Assembly: GCF_009914755.1 (NCBI RefSeq)
Contig: NC_060927.1
Direction: 5' to 3' (one strand)
DNA from: the human T2T-CHM13v2.0 reference genome, Homo sapiens
DNA length: 64,000 nucleotides
The translations under genes and the position numbers were made by a program. The notes beneath the pieces were generated by a model. It ran no database searches and was not told the DNA's origin. It worked only from the letters and a program-made list of their open reading frames with translations. Of this stretch, positions 13,742 to 29,162 are shown piece by piece. The number at the start of each line of letters is the position of its first letter. Position 1 is the first letter of the stretch.

Positions 13742-16700
13742 GTAAACATTATAAATATTTTTAAAAGACTATTTAAACTGGATAGTCTGGAATTTTCCTT
13801 TCCAAGAAAGTGTAAAGTGCAGAGTATAATACAAAAATACCACAAAGATTTTACCATTCAACACTAGAAGTAACTTAAAAGGCACACATTATACATTCAA
13901 GAAGAAATAGGAAGAAGGGTCTAGCAGACGTTAATACCAAATAGTCTACAGGTAGCACCAGATGAGCACTGTTAAGTATTACAACAGTACAATGGCAATA
14001 TATGGCTTCTACTATTAGCAATGCATATTTTGTATAACAAGCTATGGAACTTTTTAAATGGTTTCTCCGGTTTTGTTTTTAAATCATCTAGTACCTATTA
14101 CACAAGTATATTTTAGTAGAACCATTGTACCATGCAAAACAAATTATAAGACTCAAATGCTTCCTTGAATGAAAGTGTTGGTGCTATAATAATCATTGGT
14201 TTCACTGACTGAATACATTTAAAAAGTGTTAATATAATACAAAAGGAAGTTGCCACCTTCACATACACACAAAACTTTTTGTTAACATTTAGTTTCTAAC
14301 AAAACATTAATTAATGCACTGTTAATGTACTACCTTTCTTAGATCTCAAAATGTGTTGTCAAAAGCAAATGTTACAAGAACAATAGTGACCAAGATATTT
14401 AATACAGCTAACACAAATTGAACTTCAATGTGATTTTTTAATATTTAAATATAATTTTGATTACTTAGAATTTTTCCCAAGGCAAATATAATTTGTCTAC
14501 ATTGGAACACATAAACAACAACCCAGAATATGCTGCCATGGAATGTTCCCAGAAATACATTTAACAGTTTATTATAAATGGTAAACAACTCATCACTCAA
14601 CATTTATAATACTAAGCATATTCTTTAAACTTAACCACATTCTATTTCCCCTCAGACAGTTAACTTTTCTATGTGCCTGGACAGCTCTAAGTTTTTAAAA
14701 TGCAGACTGCTGTGTTTCCACTGACAGTTTAAATTCACTTTTAATTTTTGGTATTCAGAATATCTACCACAACAGCAGTTATGATGATTCAAGAGTTTGC
14801 TAATTTTGCTCTTGAAATGTACTCCCCTCACCTCACAGGGACGGCAGCACATGAGACCCACCCCAGGTCATCCTATGCACGACCTTACCCCTTCTGGGTG
14901 GGTAACAGCTTACTTTCATAATTACTTAGATCAGCGATTCCCAACTTGTGCTTGCTACATACTCACATAACCAGTAGCGGGTCCCTAAAGCAGTGATGAT
15001 TCTCAACTGGCTGAGAGCCTGCCAACGATCAAGAAGAGTCACAGAGCCAGAGACTGTGGGAACCACCAAACCGGTTTCCAACAACTGAGAGAAGAGTGTG
15101 CTGTTTCCCTCACCCACCCATGTCTCCTAAGGGCTACTGGGACTGCCAAAGAGAGACACACCTTCTTTTGAAGAAAACGTGTGCTCTCAATCACCCCACG
15201 CAAGAAACAGGGAGTCCCAGGTCCCTAGGGTTGTACAGATAGAAAGTTCACAAGTGGGGTTTCCTAGAAATAAATCAGTGATTGCCAAAGATTACATCTG
15301 AATCTTTTAAAGGATAAGAGCTCTTCATTATCAAAAGATTAAAAATACCTGCATTTAATTTACCCAGAGTTCTGAGGTTTTCATTCTATTGCTAAGAAAA
15401 CCAAAAAAGGATCTCAATAAAACAAGCAACCAAAGCATTTGATAGAAAAATGTACAGTGATAAGCAGAGGAAAAACAAACAGCCGCTGCCTGAGCCAAAC
15501 ATACCTGTCTCATAAAGAAAAAGAACAGAAACCGAAGAGCAATTGCTATGCCATTTCACCATGTCCCCTGTCTAAGCATAAAATCATCCTGCTTTAAATA
15601 TTAGGCCCTCTGAATGAGTTAAAAATCTAACCCTTCTCAAGATGATCCTCAAATAAATCAGAAATATCTCAATTTTATTCTGATATACTATTTCCAGAAT
15701 TCTGGTCTATTTTTTAACCTCTAAACTAAAATGTGAGAATGGTAAGAGAGCTTGTTTTAAAATGAGGCTTTTTTTTTCAAGTTTTCATTAAATTAAATTG
15801 GTAAAATCTTTTCTATACATTTTAAGTTTATGTATATATAAACTCAAAAATGACAGTGGAAGACATTTGAATGCTCCTAAATGATGGTGGCAGACACCCA
15901 AACAATTTGGGTGGAACTAGAAGTGGCAAGAACTTAGAGGCCCTTTCCTTTCAAGCTTCCCAACTCCAGAGAAGAGTCGACCACTGACCACCTGGCTAAT
16001 CAGCTGGGTGAACTTCATCAGCAGACACCGTAAGGAAAGAGCAGCTAACCAAACACTGAAGTTAAAAATGTCAGGGGGAAAATAATTGTTTAACTTAAAA
16101 TCGTGAGGTTCACTCTTCTCTTACAAATATCAGGTCATATTCTTTAAACAATTTTTATTTTAAAGTGCTTAAACACAAAGGCCTCAAAAACGGCCTAGTA
16201 ATACTATCAGTTAAGAATATCTGTTATAAAATTATAACCTATTTAAAATCTAACATTCAAGTTTGAAACAAATGGGTGAAATCCAGAATGAACGCTAGAG
16301 CTTCACCCTTCATCAGCACTCTTCCATCTCGGAACATCATGAGCCGCCTACTATTGTATGATCCATAGGATTCAAGTGGGACACCCTAGATTAGAAATAT
16401 CTAGCTGAAGTGCCTCTATTCTTAACGTTCTTACTTGTTCCACATTAAATTAGGCCAAAAATAAGCAGTAGTAAATACGGTCCTCTGAGGAAAGAACGGC
16501 CTCACATTAACTATATATTAATCTCGTTAAAATAAATGGCTGAAGTACAGAAATTTCAAAATGTATTTAAACAGGAAGAAGAGATGATATTACCAGGTCA
16601 CTTTAAAAATAATGTATCAATATTCATTTTTAAAAAACCAAACCTACTCATTGCAAACTGAATATTCTCAAGTATTTTAGTCACGAATTCATGAAATTTT

Positions 16701-17590
16701 TTACTAATGTGTATATAAATTTAAAACAGACAGATGAGTAATTCATATACTCAAATTCATGAAACAAGAAAACCAATAATTACTCTCTTCTTTGTGAAGA
16801 ACGTCTAATCAACGTGTTCTTCAAAGAGAAGAATCTGATACTTCTTCCTTGACATCTTGATTCAAAGGTGAAAATTACTCAAAATGAAACTTGAGGTGAT
16901 CATGAATTGAAATTTCTCAAGTAGAATAAATCTACTTTGCCATCAGGTGCAAAAAGTATTGTTCTAAATACTTCCGCTTATCTAAGAGATAATGTACAAC
17001 TGCCTGGAGGCAAAGCTTTAGCTTTAGATAAAATGAGACCTTTGCCCTCAGCCTTTCAAACTAGCTCCACTCACATCATGGACTTCTCCACCTGGTGAAT
17101 TTTCATTTTAAATCTTCAACTCATTTTTAGATTGTAGTACAAAACTCATCAGTAAACTTTTTCTTGGTATTTTCCATACTGGCTTTTTATATGCCAGACA
17201 CATGGTGATTTTTTTTTTCCCTGAACGTAATTTATAGAAATTCCCTGAATAACAAAAAGAAAACAATTTTGTTATATTCACTTGACAGCTAAAAAGAATT
17301 CCAAAAAGAAAACAACTATTTTGCTGCTGTAAGTATATGAAGAATATTTTTACCATTCCATTCATTTCACTGGAATGTATATGGAAGACATCCGTACAGC
17401 AAATAAAGAAGTCAGCAGCCAGAGTGAAATAGAGCAAGTCAATGTGTACTGTCATAGGAAGAGTTACGAATGTTTAAAGGCCCGGGATTAGCCACCCAAG
17501 GATTCAGTTAAGTACAGTACAAAGCTAACAACTCACAATTTACAAGTGGGTTATAAAAACTCTATAGTATCACATTAGTTTGCTAAAGAA

Positions 17591-17676
17591 CTATGAATCT
17601 TCCAGTTGTAAACTGATAAATTCCTGAATGCATTTCTTATACTGCATTTCAGTATGGTTATTAGTAGAATATTGAC
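17591..17676 (-). CDS. ACAP2: Alternative ACAP2 C-terminus by read-through of exon 22 donor: GQYSTNNHTEMQYKKCIQEFISLQLEDS*
   Basis: Open in frame to TAG at 17591-17593; peptide resembles the ACAP3 C-terminus as recalled (TELQFRRCIQEFISLHLEES); weak donor GTCAAT. Confidence 0.75.
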
Positions 17677-17738
17677 CTGGCTGTCCATAAAGTCCTTCTG
17701 ATTCCCGCATCTCTTCATTCATTCTTGCTAAACGTAAC
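17677..17738 (-). CDS. ACAP2: ACAP2 exon 22: LRLARMNEEMRESEGLYGQP
   Basis: ttttag|G ... CCAG|gtcaat, 62 nt, phase 2/1. Confidence 0.95.
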
Positions 17739-19285
17739 CTAAAAATAAATAAAATAGTGTTTTAGATGACATTATATAATATAAATGTCATAAATAAAGT
17801 CTATAAACAGGTAATACATGTACTAATGTAATTGTGTTTTATTTGCCATTAAAATAATCTGGCTTTTAGTTTATCAAACCCAGCAATCTGAGGTACAAAG
17901 ATAAGTATCTCACCTTCATACAATTCTCATAAGAAAGGACAACAAAAATCTTCTGACGACTGCATTTTAGCTGTACTGCAGCAGCATCCCCGCAATACCT
18001 CTAGTGGCTTGCTTCCTCCAGATGCCTGACAATTCCTGGCTCTTACAGCAACCTGTCAAATTTTAACTGCCAACTGTTGAAATTATTGCTTCTATAGTGC
18101 AGAAGTGAGAACCTGTCATAAGTTCACTCTGGCTCACCCTGAAGTGAGGTAGCTGCAGACATATAAACAGCATGTGTGGCCTCTAAACACTGGGAATATA
18201 TTTTGATATACAAACATTATAATAAATGACTATAGGTTACCAAGAATTTCCTAACATTACCATATTGCTTATACATTCTTTTTAGGTTACTCATCTTGGC
18301 AGCAGATGACATGTAGCACTAGATTAAGAAGCTAAGTATTTCCTTTAAGCAACATTTTAAAATAGGCAAATATTGTGTTTGGTACCCCTCTCCTACTCTG
18401 TACCTCTCGTCCGTCCTTCTGGGCCACCAAATTTCCACTGCCTTCTCAGACCTCCATCACCCTCTTCTGAAATGTTCTCTCTGGCAACTGCAGCGTGTGA
18501 CATGAACTTTTCCTATCTTCAAAGTTCCACAATTCCCTTTATCTTCTCTCTCAACCACTGTGTGTATTAACAACAGTTCCACAAATCTTCCTTTGGCATT
18601 TGGGTTTTCACAGAGGATGCTTACAAAAATTCTTAAGTGAAACTGAAGCACTCACACAAAGTAAAACAAGAAAATTTAGACGATTTGAAAACAGATTATT
18701 TTTAAGGGAAGGGTCCACTGCTATATAGGTATTGCCTGGGAAGCTGCCTGCAGAGCTTGTCTCTCTATATCATTCCTATCTTTTCTTTAATAACTTATCT
18801 TTCTTCTACTGTAAATCTGTAATGATTTAAGAGTTCTACATTTTCCTGCAATAGCCTCCATAATAACAGTAACCCCTCCTGTGGGGAAAGGATCTGAGAA
18901 AGTATGTTTTGCTGTTTTGTTATTTTATTTGGCAGAGGGGTGACATATGACAAGTCAAGAATTCTCAGTAGGAGCTCAGGAGTGTGGATGGACCTATTTC
19001 TTCTCCAATGAGGGGGGATAAGCAATTATGGGCTTCATTTAGCCCAGGGTAAGTGAATAAGTGATAAAGAATAAGTGACGATACAAAACATGCTTGAGAT
19101 TTCCTACATAATAAGGTATCGGTGACGATTAATTTTCTGAATTCCATGTGTAATAAACTACTTTGATCTGAGATGTAAATCAAATTAAGACCTCAAAATT
19201 ATTTAAAAGATCACATTACATTTTATTCAAACATTCAGAAGCATGCATTTTAATCTTAAAATTAATCAAGTATTCACGTAAATAA

Positions 19286-19495
19286 TTTTTTTTTTTTTTG
19301 AGACAGGGTCTCATTCATCCTCCCAAGTAGCTACGACTACACGCATGTGCCACCACACCCGGCTAATTTTTAATTTTTTGTAGAGACAGGGCCTCGCTAT
19401 GTTGCCCAGGCTTTTCTCCAGCTTCTGGGCTCAAGCAACGCTCCCACCTCAATCTCCTGAGTAGCTTGGATTATGGGTGGGAGCACCTAGCTTTA
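19286..19495 (-). mobile_element. Internally deleted AluJ-like element
   Basis: Poly-T then reverse Alu sequence. Confidence 0.75.
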
Positions 19496-19677
19496 TGTGA
19501 ATAATTCTTTTTAAAAACAAGCACAAATTCCTACCACTGCCCAAAGGTAATGGAACTTCACAAATTACTAATATCAATGCAACTATCCTGCCTACAGAAT
19601 TAGAGAATCCTCTAATTCTCGAGGTAGTAGAATAATTATCTGTTAGTCTAACAATCCCAGCCTCTGCCCTAGTACTA

Positions 19678-19993
<316 letters not shown>

Positions 19994-20034
19994 AGAAACC
20001 ATTTTGAAGAAGTCACTGGTTTTCTGTTTCTGTA

Positions 20035-20290
20035 TCAGGCAGTATAGCATAAATGGCTAAGAACATGGGGAGCATGGGCTTTAGGGCCACAATTCTTGGT
20101 TTCAAATCCCAACTCCATCACTTACTAAAATCTCAAATTATCTATGGCTTGGCTTCTTTTTCTATAAAATGAAGACAATATTAACAATATCTTCCTCAGA
20201 GTTGTTGTGAGAACCAAATAAGTTCATGCATGTAAAGTGTTTAATACATTTAATGTGCTTAGAGAAGTACATGGCACAAAGTAAATACCA
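20035..20290 (+). mobile_element. MIR fragment
   Basis: aggcagtatagcata...ggtttcaaatcccaactcc...gttgttgtgagaa...tgtaaagtg. Confidence 0.6.
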
Positions 20291-20345
20291 ACCAACTTCG
20301 AAGTTCACACAATGCACAATGCTCTGTTAGCACTGTGTGCAAGTA

Positions 20346-20957
<612 letters not shown>

Positions 20958-21001
20958 TAATTCACTGTATGGAAATAGTCAAGTAAAAAGGAAGTACTTA
21001 C

Positions 21002-21112
21002 AAGGTGACTATATCAGCATTGGCTGCTTCCACAGCTATGCTCAAAGGGTCTTTCCCTTCTTCATCAGTGGCATGTTGATTGGCACCTCGTTTTAGGAAT
21101 AAACATACCTGC
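21002..21112 (-). CDS. ACAP2: ACAP2 exon 21 (ankyrin repeats): QVCLFLKRGANQHATDEEGKDPLSIAVEAANADIVT
   Basis: aacag|G ... TT|gtaagt, 111 nt, phase 2/2. Confidence 0.95.
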
Positions 21113-21399
21113 CTGTTTAAGAACACAGCATTTTTGAGATATTGTCGATAAGAAAAAAAAATTAGTATTCACCTTAAAAAAAAAAAGTACTACTTAAGTA
21201 ACATTTTCATTAGGAAATTCTTGATTCATTCTACAAATATTAACTGAACACTAACTCTACTAACAAAAACTTACCAAGATCAACATTTCACAAGTCTCAA
21301 GGTATTTTTGCATACATTATCTTATTTAATCTGGTGCTATATAGATAGCATGGTGGATATATAAGTTGTGGTCCCTACCCTCAAAGAATATCATAAAAA

Positions 21400-21701
<302 letters not shown>

Positions 21702-21972
21702 GAATATCATAAAAACATGTGCACAGGTATCTATAAACCTAAATGAAAAAAAGATCACTCAAGGTCATTATTTGAAAATGAAGAAAGCCAAGGCAATGTA
21801 AACTTCATAATAATAATACAACAGCAAAGAATGGGAAGTAATCTGCTTGCTGTACTTGCAAATATTCATTACTTGAATAAACTGAAAAAGAAATCTAAAA
21901 TATGAAAGAATAACTAAATGGAGTCTATGAAATAAAATGGAAAGAATTTTGATAGTTTAAGAAGAAAATAAT

Positions 21973-22270
21973 GGCTGGGCAAGGTAAGCACCTGTAATCT
22001 CAGCTACTCAGAAGGCAGAGGTAGGGGGAATCACTTGAGGTCAGAAGTTCAAGACCAGCCTGAGCAACATAGCAAAATGTCTCTAAAAAAAATTTAAAAA
22101 TTAGCCGGGAGTGGCAGGGCATGCCTGTAGTCCCAGCCACTTGGGAAGCTGAGGCATGAAGATCCTGAGCCCCAGAATTCAAGGCTGTAGTGAGCTATGA
22201 ATGTGCCTATGAACAGTCACCACACTCCAACGTGAGCAACATAGTGAGACTCCCATCTCTTAAAAAAAAA
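21973..22270 (+). mobile_element. AluJ
   Basis: Diverged dimer with A tail. Confidence 0.85.
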
Positions 22271-22306
22271 GAAGAAAATACAAAGGATGAGTTAAGTACT
22301 ACCTTA

Positions 22307-22902
<596 letters not shown>

Positions 22903-23586
22903 TGAAGATGCTATTTTAAAAATATTTCAAAATAAGAGCTTCTTGCTTATCCACCACATAATAATCGGATACCCTGAGATATCTTATTAAGAAACAAGCG
23001 TTTAAGACACAAATTTTTCACATAAAGCCAGCATTTTCTTTCATGTATACTTCCTAATAATAGAAAGTCCATTTTCAAGGCTTTATTGTTCTGTGAATCT
23101 TACTATCGCTCCAGAAGACACAATGTCAACAACCCAAAGTAAGAATTTAGTTTAGAATTTGACTTTAGCTACCCTGTGGAAAAAACTAAAAATTACAAAG
23201 TCATCAAATTATCTTTAAATAGGTTATGTGTGTGCATGCTATGGAAATAATGTATATGTACATACATACATAAACACAAACACAGGCTTAAGTTGTCTGA
23301 CAAAATCACAATTTTAATAACAGAGAAAGTTAAGTACTAAAACTGATCTATTTAATGACAAGTTAAGGTCAAAGTAAGCCTTGAAATTTTTGTATCTGAA
23401 AACCAATAGTAGCTTTTTCTGAAAGAGATTTTTTTTAACTTTCAAATTCCATCGTGACAAAATAAGTCATGGAACACATCTCTTTACAAACACTACCTGA
23501 AAACTTTAACCTAAGAAAAACTAAAACATTAATTCAAAATAATTTTTCAAATAAAGTCTCCTTAAATATGAAAGCACTGCAGTTAC

Positions 23587-23696
23587 CCTGTGTGCCCTAA
23601 GACGGTGGCATGGTGCAATGGTCCCCGCCCTTGGACATCTCTTTGGTTGACATTAGCACCATTCTGTAGGAGGAACTCACACGTCACCAAAGAGCC
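23587..23696 (-). CDS. ACAP2: ACAP2 exon 20 (ankyrin): GSLVTCEFLLQNGANVNQRDVQGRGPLHHATVLGHT
   Basis: tttaag|GGC ... GG|gtaact, 110 nt, phase 0/2. Confidence 0.95.
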
Positions 23697-24145
23697 CTTA
23701 AAGGAAAAAAGAGGATAACTATAGACAAAAGCAAATAACAAGAAACAACAATACATTTCTTTTTAAAAACAATTGGTTTTCGTTACTCAAATAGCATTTC
23801 CATTTCCTTCTCTCCAAAACAAAAAATATCCCTCAGCCAAGGCAGAGAAATTATAAATTATATTATTTTCTTCCCAAGAACTAATTCTAATAGAGATTCA
23901 TTTGCAGTTTGTGAACTAGCAAAACACATTATATACTTTCATTATCGGAATTCTCTTCCACTGCAAAAAAACTTGAAACAACCGAAGTGGTGCTCAGAAA
24001 CCACTACTATTAATAGCACAGAGGTTCCTTCTATTTTCTAACCCATCTCTTGAAGCAAAGACAATACTAAAGCCAGTTCAGAACATATTATGATTTTTTT
24101 TAAATATTTGATTGCTACTGAAAATGTCATTGTATAAACGCATAC

Positions 24146-24333
24146 CCCTAATACAGCCTGAATAAGTGGTGTCGCTTTGTTTTCCTCTGAATTGGCCCAG
24201 TTCACGTCTGCACCATGAGCCAAAGCCTCAGCCATTTTAGGAAGGTTTTTTTCATATGACGCCCTATAAAGCTGAAGTCCTGGATTAAGATGTTTCGAGT
24301 CAAGAAACATAGAAGAATCTTGCCTTTCTCCTT
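24146..24333 (-). CDS. ACAP2: ACAP2 exon 19 (first ankyrin repeat): GERQDSSMFLDSKHLNPGLQLYRA...TPLIQAVLG
   Basis: ttttcag|AA ... GGG|gtatgc, 188 nt, phase 1/0; overlaps ORF 24038-24310. Confidence 0.95.
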
Positions 24334-24492
24334 CTGAAAAGCAAACACATACACATCAATAAAAATGAGCTCTTGGCAGAAAAAGAAAAAATTATTTAAT
24401 AGGTAGAGTTTCAGTTTTGCAAGATAAAAAGAGTTCTGTGGATGAATGGCAGTAAAGATAGCACACTAATGGGAATATACTTAATGCCACTA

Positions 24493-24912
<420 letters not shown>

Positions 24913-25443
24913 TTATGGGAGATTTTCACATAGCTATTCCCCAACATTCAACCTTCTTCTTCTATAAAGACAATCACTGATATGCCAGGCCTTTCTGTTC
25001 TTGCCAGTATCCAAGGGATAGGTTAATTACTCTGTACTACATTAAAATTGAGTATATTCCTAAATGTTGGGACTTAAGAAGCAGCAAGAATCCATAAAAA
25101 CTTTTACTACTAGACCAAACCTCACTTCATTCCTAGGATGGTCCAATACCATCCCAATTGGCACTACAAGCACTTCAAATAATTTGAAGAGTGCTGACTC
25201 CCCTGAGTACTCTGCAGGACCAAAATCACTGAAATCATGGAGGAGGGGACAAGGGTTTAAAGCACAAGTCAAAAGAAAAATCTAATGGGGAGGGAGTTGC
25301 TGATCTCTTTCTCCTGATAGGACAGCCACAAGGAAAGATAAACGATAATAAGACAGTTCATGTGGATTAAAAATTATCCTTGGCAATTGGTAAGGCACTT
25401 TTAGCACATACCATTAGGCTTGGAAGAATGTACAACTAAGCAT

Positions 25444-26106
<663 letters not shown>

Positions 26107-26185
26107 TCATTTAAGAGTATTACTCCTCCCCTAGTTACCTTCTAAAAGACTAACCCCTTCCTTTAAAATATTTAATCAAGAGTAG

Positions 26186-26512
<327 letters not shown>

Positions 26513-26599
26513 ATTTTTTTTTTAATCAAAGGTAAACATTTACCACATGCACTTTCCAGCAAACAAAACCAATTAACATTGAGTTTCATCAGAACTCAC

Positions 26600-26692
26600 C
26601 AGGCTCATATAAACTATTGGCTGACACCGTGGAGGGTAAAGATTCTCTTCCATCATCAGAGCTCTGCTGAATTCCACTGTCATTACTTCTGA
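26600..26692 (-). CDS. ACAP2: ACAP2 exon 18 (Ser-rich linker): RSNDSGIQQSSDDGRESLPSTVSANSLYEP
   Basis: aaacag|TC ... G|gtgagt, 93 nt, phase 1/1. Confidence 0.93.
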
Positions 26693-27076
26693 CTGTTTTA
26701 AAGAAAAATTAACTAATGATTAAAGTTCATGCCATTTAGAAAACAATCTCCCACAAACAAGGTTTTAAAATGAGCTCTTACACATCAACATGAACTCAGG
26801 CACCACAAGGAGAATGCATTTAATATAATTTTAAGCCTTTTGAACACTTAGCTTATCGAGATATAAATCAATCATAAAACCTGAAAATAAACTTATTTTC
26901 AGAGTTTAACACATCTCATTACTCCATAATATGTCAGGGGTAGTAAAGAGCTTAATTTATTATATGACTGTAAGTAACGTGTAATTCTGAGACAATGGGT
27001 AACATCTAGAGAAATGGCCACACCGCACAATGACCACTGGCACAGACTTGGAATGCTCCACAAGAGTAGTACTTAC

Positions 27077-27181
27077 TACTACGCAGTTTTGAAGAAGTAT
27101 CAAAGTAGGAGAAGAGTGAATCTAGCTCATCAGGACAAAACAGAGACTCCCGCCTGGCCTCGTCGCTATTTACAGCAATCA
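27077..27181 (-). CDS. ACAP2: ACAP2 alternative cassette exon (105 nt): VIAVNSDEARRESLFCPDELDSLFSYFDTSSKLRS
   Basis: CTAAC branch point (27196-27200), ccccag|TG acceptor, A|gtaagt donor, symmetric phase 1/1, stop-free; motif matches ACAP3 RRDSLFCPDELDSLFSYFD as recalled. Confidence 0.85.
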
Positions 27182-27588
27182 CTGGGGACATGCAAGTTAG
27201 CAAAGCACAAAGCAGGCCATAAGAAGGGAAAAGGGCAGGAAAAAACGTTACTGGGAAAAAATTTAGGAGGAAAAAATAGGAAGGAAATCAGGTAGTTAAT
27301 CAGATACTTAGGGCTTTTGAAATGTCAGGTTTATAATTCCCATCTCCCCTTGCATTTTAAGCAGTTTTATTCCTTAGAATATACACATTACCTAGAAAGG
27401 TGAAATATTATGGCATTGTTTAAAGTTAACTATTTTAAAGACACAGAAATTCAGTTTTTCTTAGAATATGTAGAAGGGAACAGGTTTTTAACATTAAAAA
27501 AAACGACAATGGCTATTAGTTCAGGGATTATAAAAGTGATTTGAGCTTAAGAAAATAGCTATAGACACAGTAAGAAAGTTTGCCATAC

Positions 27589-27773
27589 CTGAACTTTGGG
27601 CAGATGCTCTGACTTGGTCCCCTGGCCCAAATTTAGAAATGCTCAGCCTCTTTTCTTCAGAACTTTTAGAGACAAACTTTTTTTGCTGCTCAGGAGGTGA
27701 TAATGATATAGAATATTTATCCACAAATTTCCTCTCCACATATTTTGCTCTGATATATGCCTCCTTCTCCTGT
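27589..27773 (-). CDS. ACAP2: ACAP2 exon 17 (end of ArfGAP domain): QEKEAYIRAKYVERKFV...ASAQSS
   Basis: gtcag|A ... G|gtatgg, 185 nt, phase 2/1. Confidence 0.95.
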
Positions 27774-29070
27774 CTGACAGACATAAAAATGTCATGATGT
27801 TTTGCTTAATCTCTCAGCATGGCTAATACCACAACAAGCCATTATATACTGAACATATTCAAACAAAGTCACTGAATGTAATACTGGTTAAAACTGAATC
27901 TGTGACATTATACATATATATATTATGTTTCCCTTCCAAATACCTAATGAACTATGATTTCACACTCAAGTGAAATACAAACAGTAACCTAACTGAAAAA
28001 TCACTAGTATTAACATGCTACTCTTCCCTTCTCTTAATTTCTGTGCTATTCATTTCTATACTGCCCTCATGCTTTTTGCAGAGTAGAAAACATCACCAGA
28101 AAAAAAAAAACTTAAAAATTTATAGAAAGTAACTTTATTTTCATGTTTACTCAAATAAATAATTTCACATACTGAACGAGCACTATTGATGGCTATTTTT
28201 CATAAGACTACTTTAAAACAACATATAGCATTATTAATTTAAGAAATAAAATAAACTTGTAACTTATGATACCATTATAAAATGCCATATCTGTTCTATA
28301 CTTTTTACTTATATCCTCTTAAAAAGTTTAGGTCTTTGGTTAAAATAGAAGGCTATTTCAAGGTCTGAAATAACTCAGTCTTGTTTTAGTAAATAATTAA
28401 GATTCTGATTTAAATGGTATTGGTTTAGACAGCAATAACTTTCAAATACAATTGGTCATACATGAAGACTCAGACAGAAATCAGTATCAACAACAAAAAT
28501 CATGTGCTTTGAAGGTACCAACTCTTAGCCACTTCATTCAATGAGCCCTCCTTATACAGAATTGGAAGAATAATTTCAAACACAGCAATCAAGTACTCTC
28601 CCCCTTTCAGAGGCACACTTTGCATCTTTAGTTCTTCAATATTATAATGCCATGCATAAACTATGTGATTAACAAATCTTTGCTAAATTAAGTATGAAAA
28701 ATGTAAAATTATTCACTGTAGGTTAACAGAAACTTGATCCTTAGAGACAGTAATGAATAGATTATCCCTTTTTGAATGCTACCATGGACAGAACTTTGGT
28801 CTACTTTAACTGACTGTTAAGGGTTTCTACATTCCTATGCAGAGCCCTAATTTTTAAGATCTTTCTACTCTAAAGACTATAATTGATTATCTGTTCAATA
28901 CAATATAATTATCTAATTAACATACCGAAGAAAGAGATAGCCAACATTCGAACAGAAGTGGTAATGACTGCTTCTAAACACTTTGTCTCAATGTTATATA
29001 TCAATTACTACAGTGAAATAAAATCATAGCTATATTCCTAATTAGGGGGAAAAAACAACTGAAATAGTAC

Positions 29071-29162
29071 CTTTGTCCTGGTTGGGGTTTCTTTATTCCC
29101 ATTTTTTCCACATTAGCTTCATAAACTCGATTTATAACATCATTCCCCAACTCACACATAAG
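29071..29162 (-). CDS. ACAP2: ACAP2 exon 16 (ArfGAP): LMCELGNDVINRVYEANVEKMGIKKPQPGQ
   Basis: aaacag|CTT ... AG|gtacta, 92 nt, phase 0/2. Confidence 0.95.
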
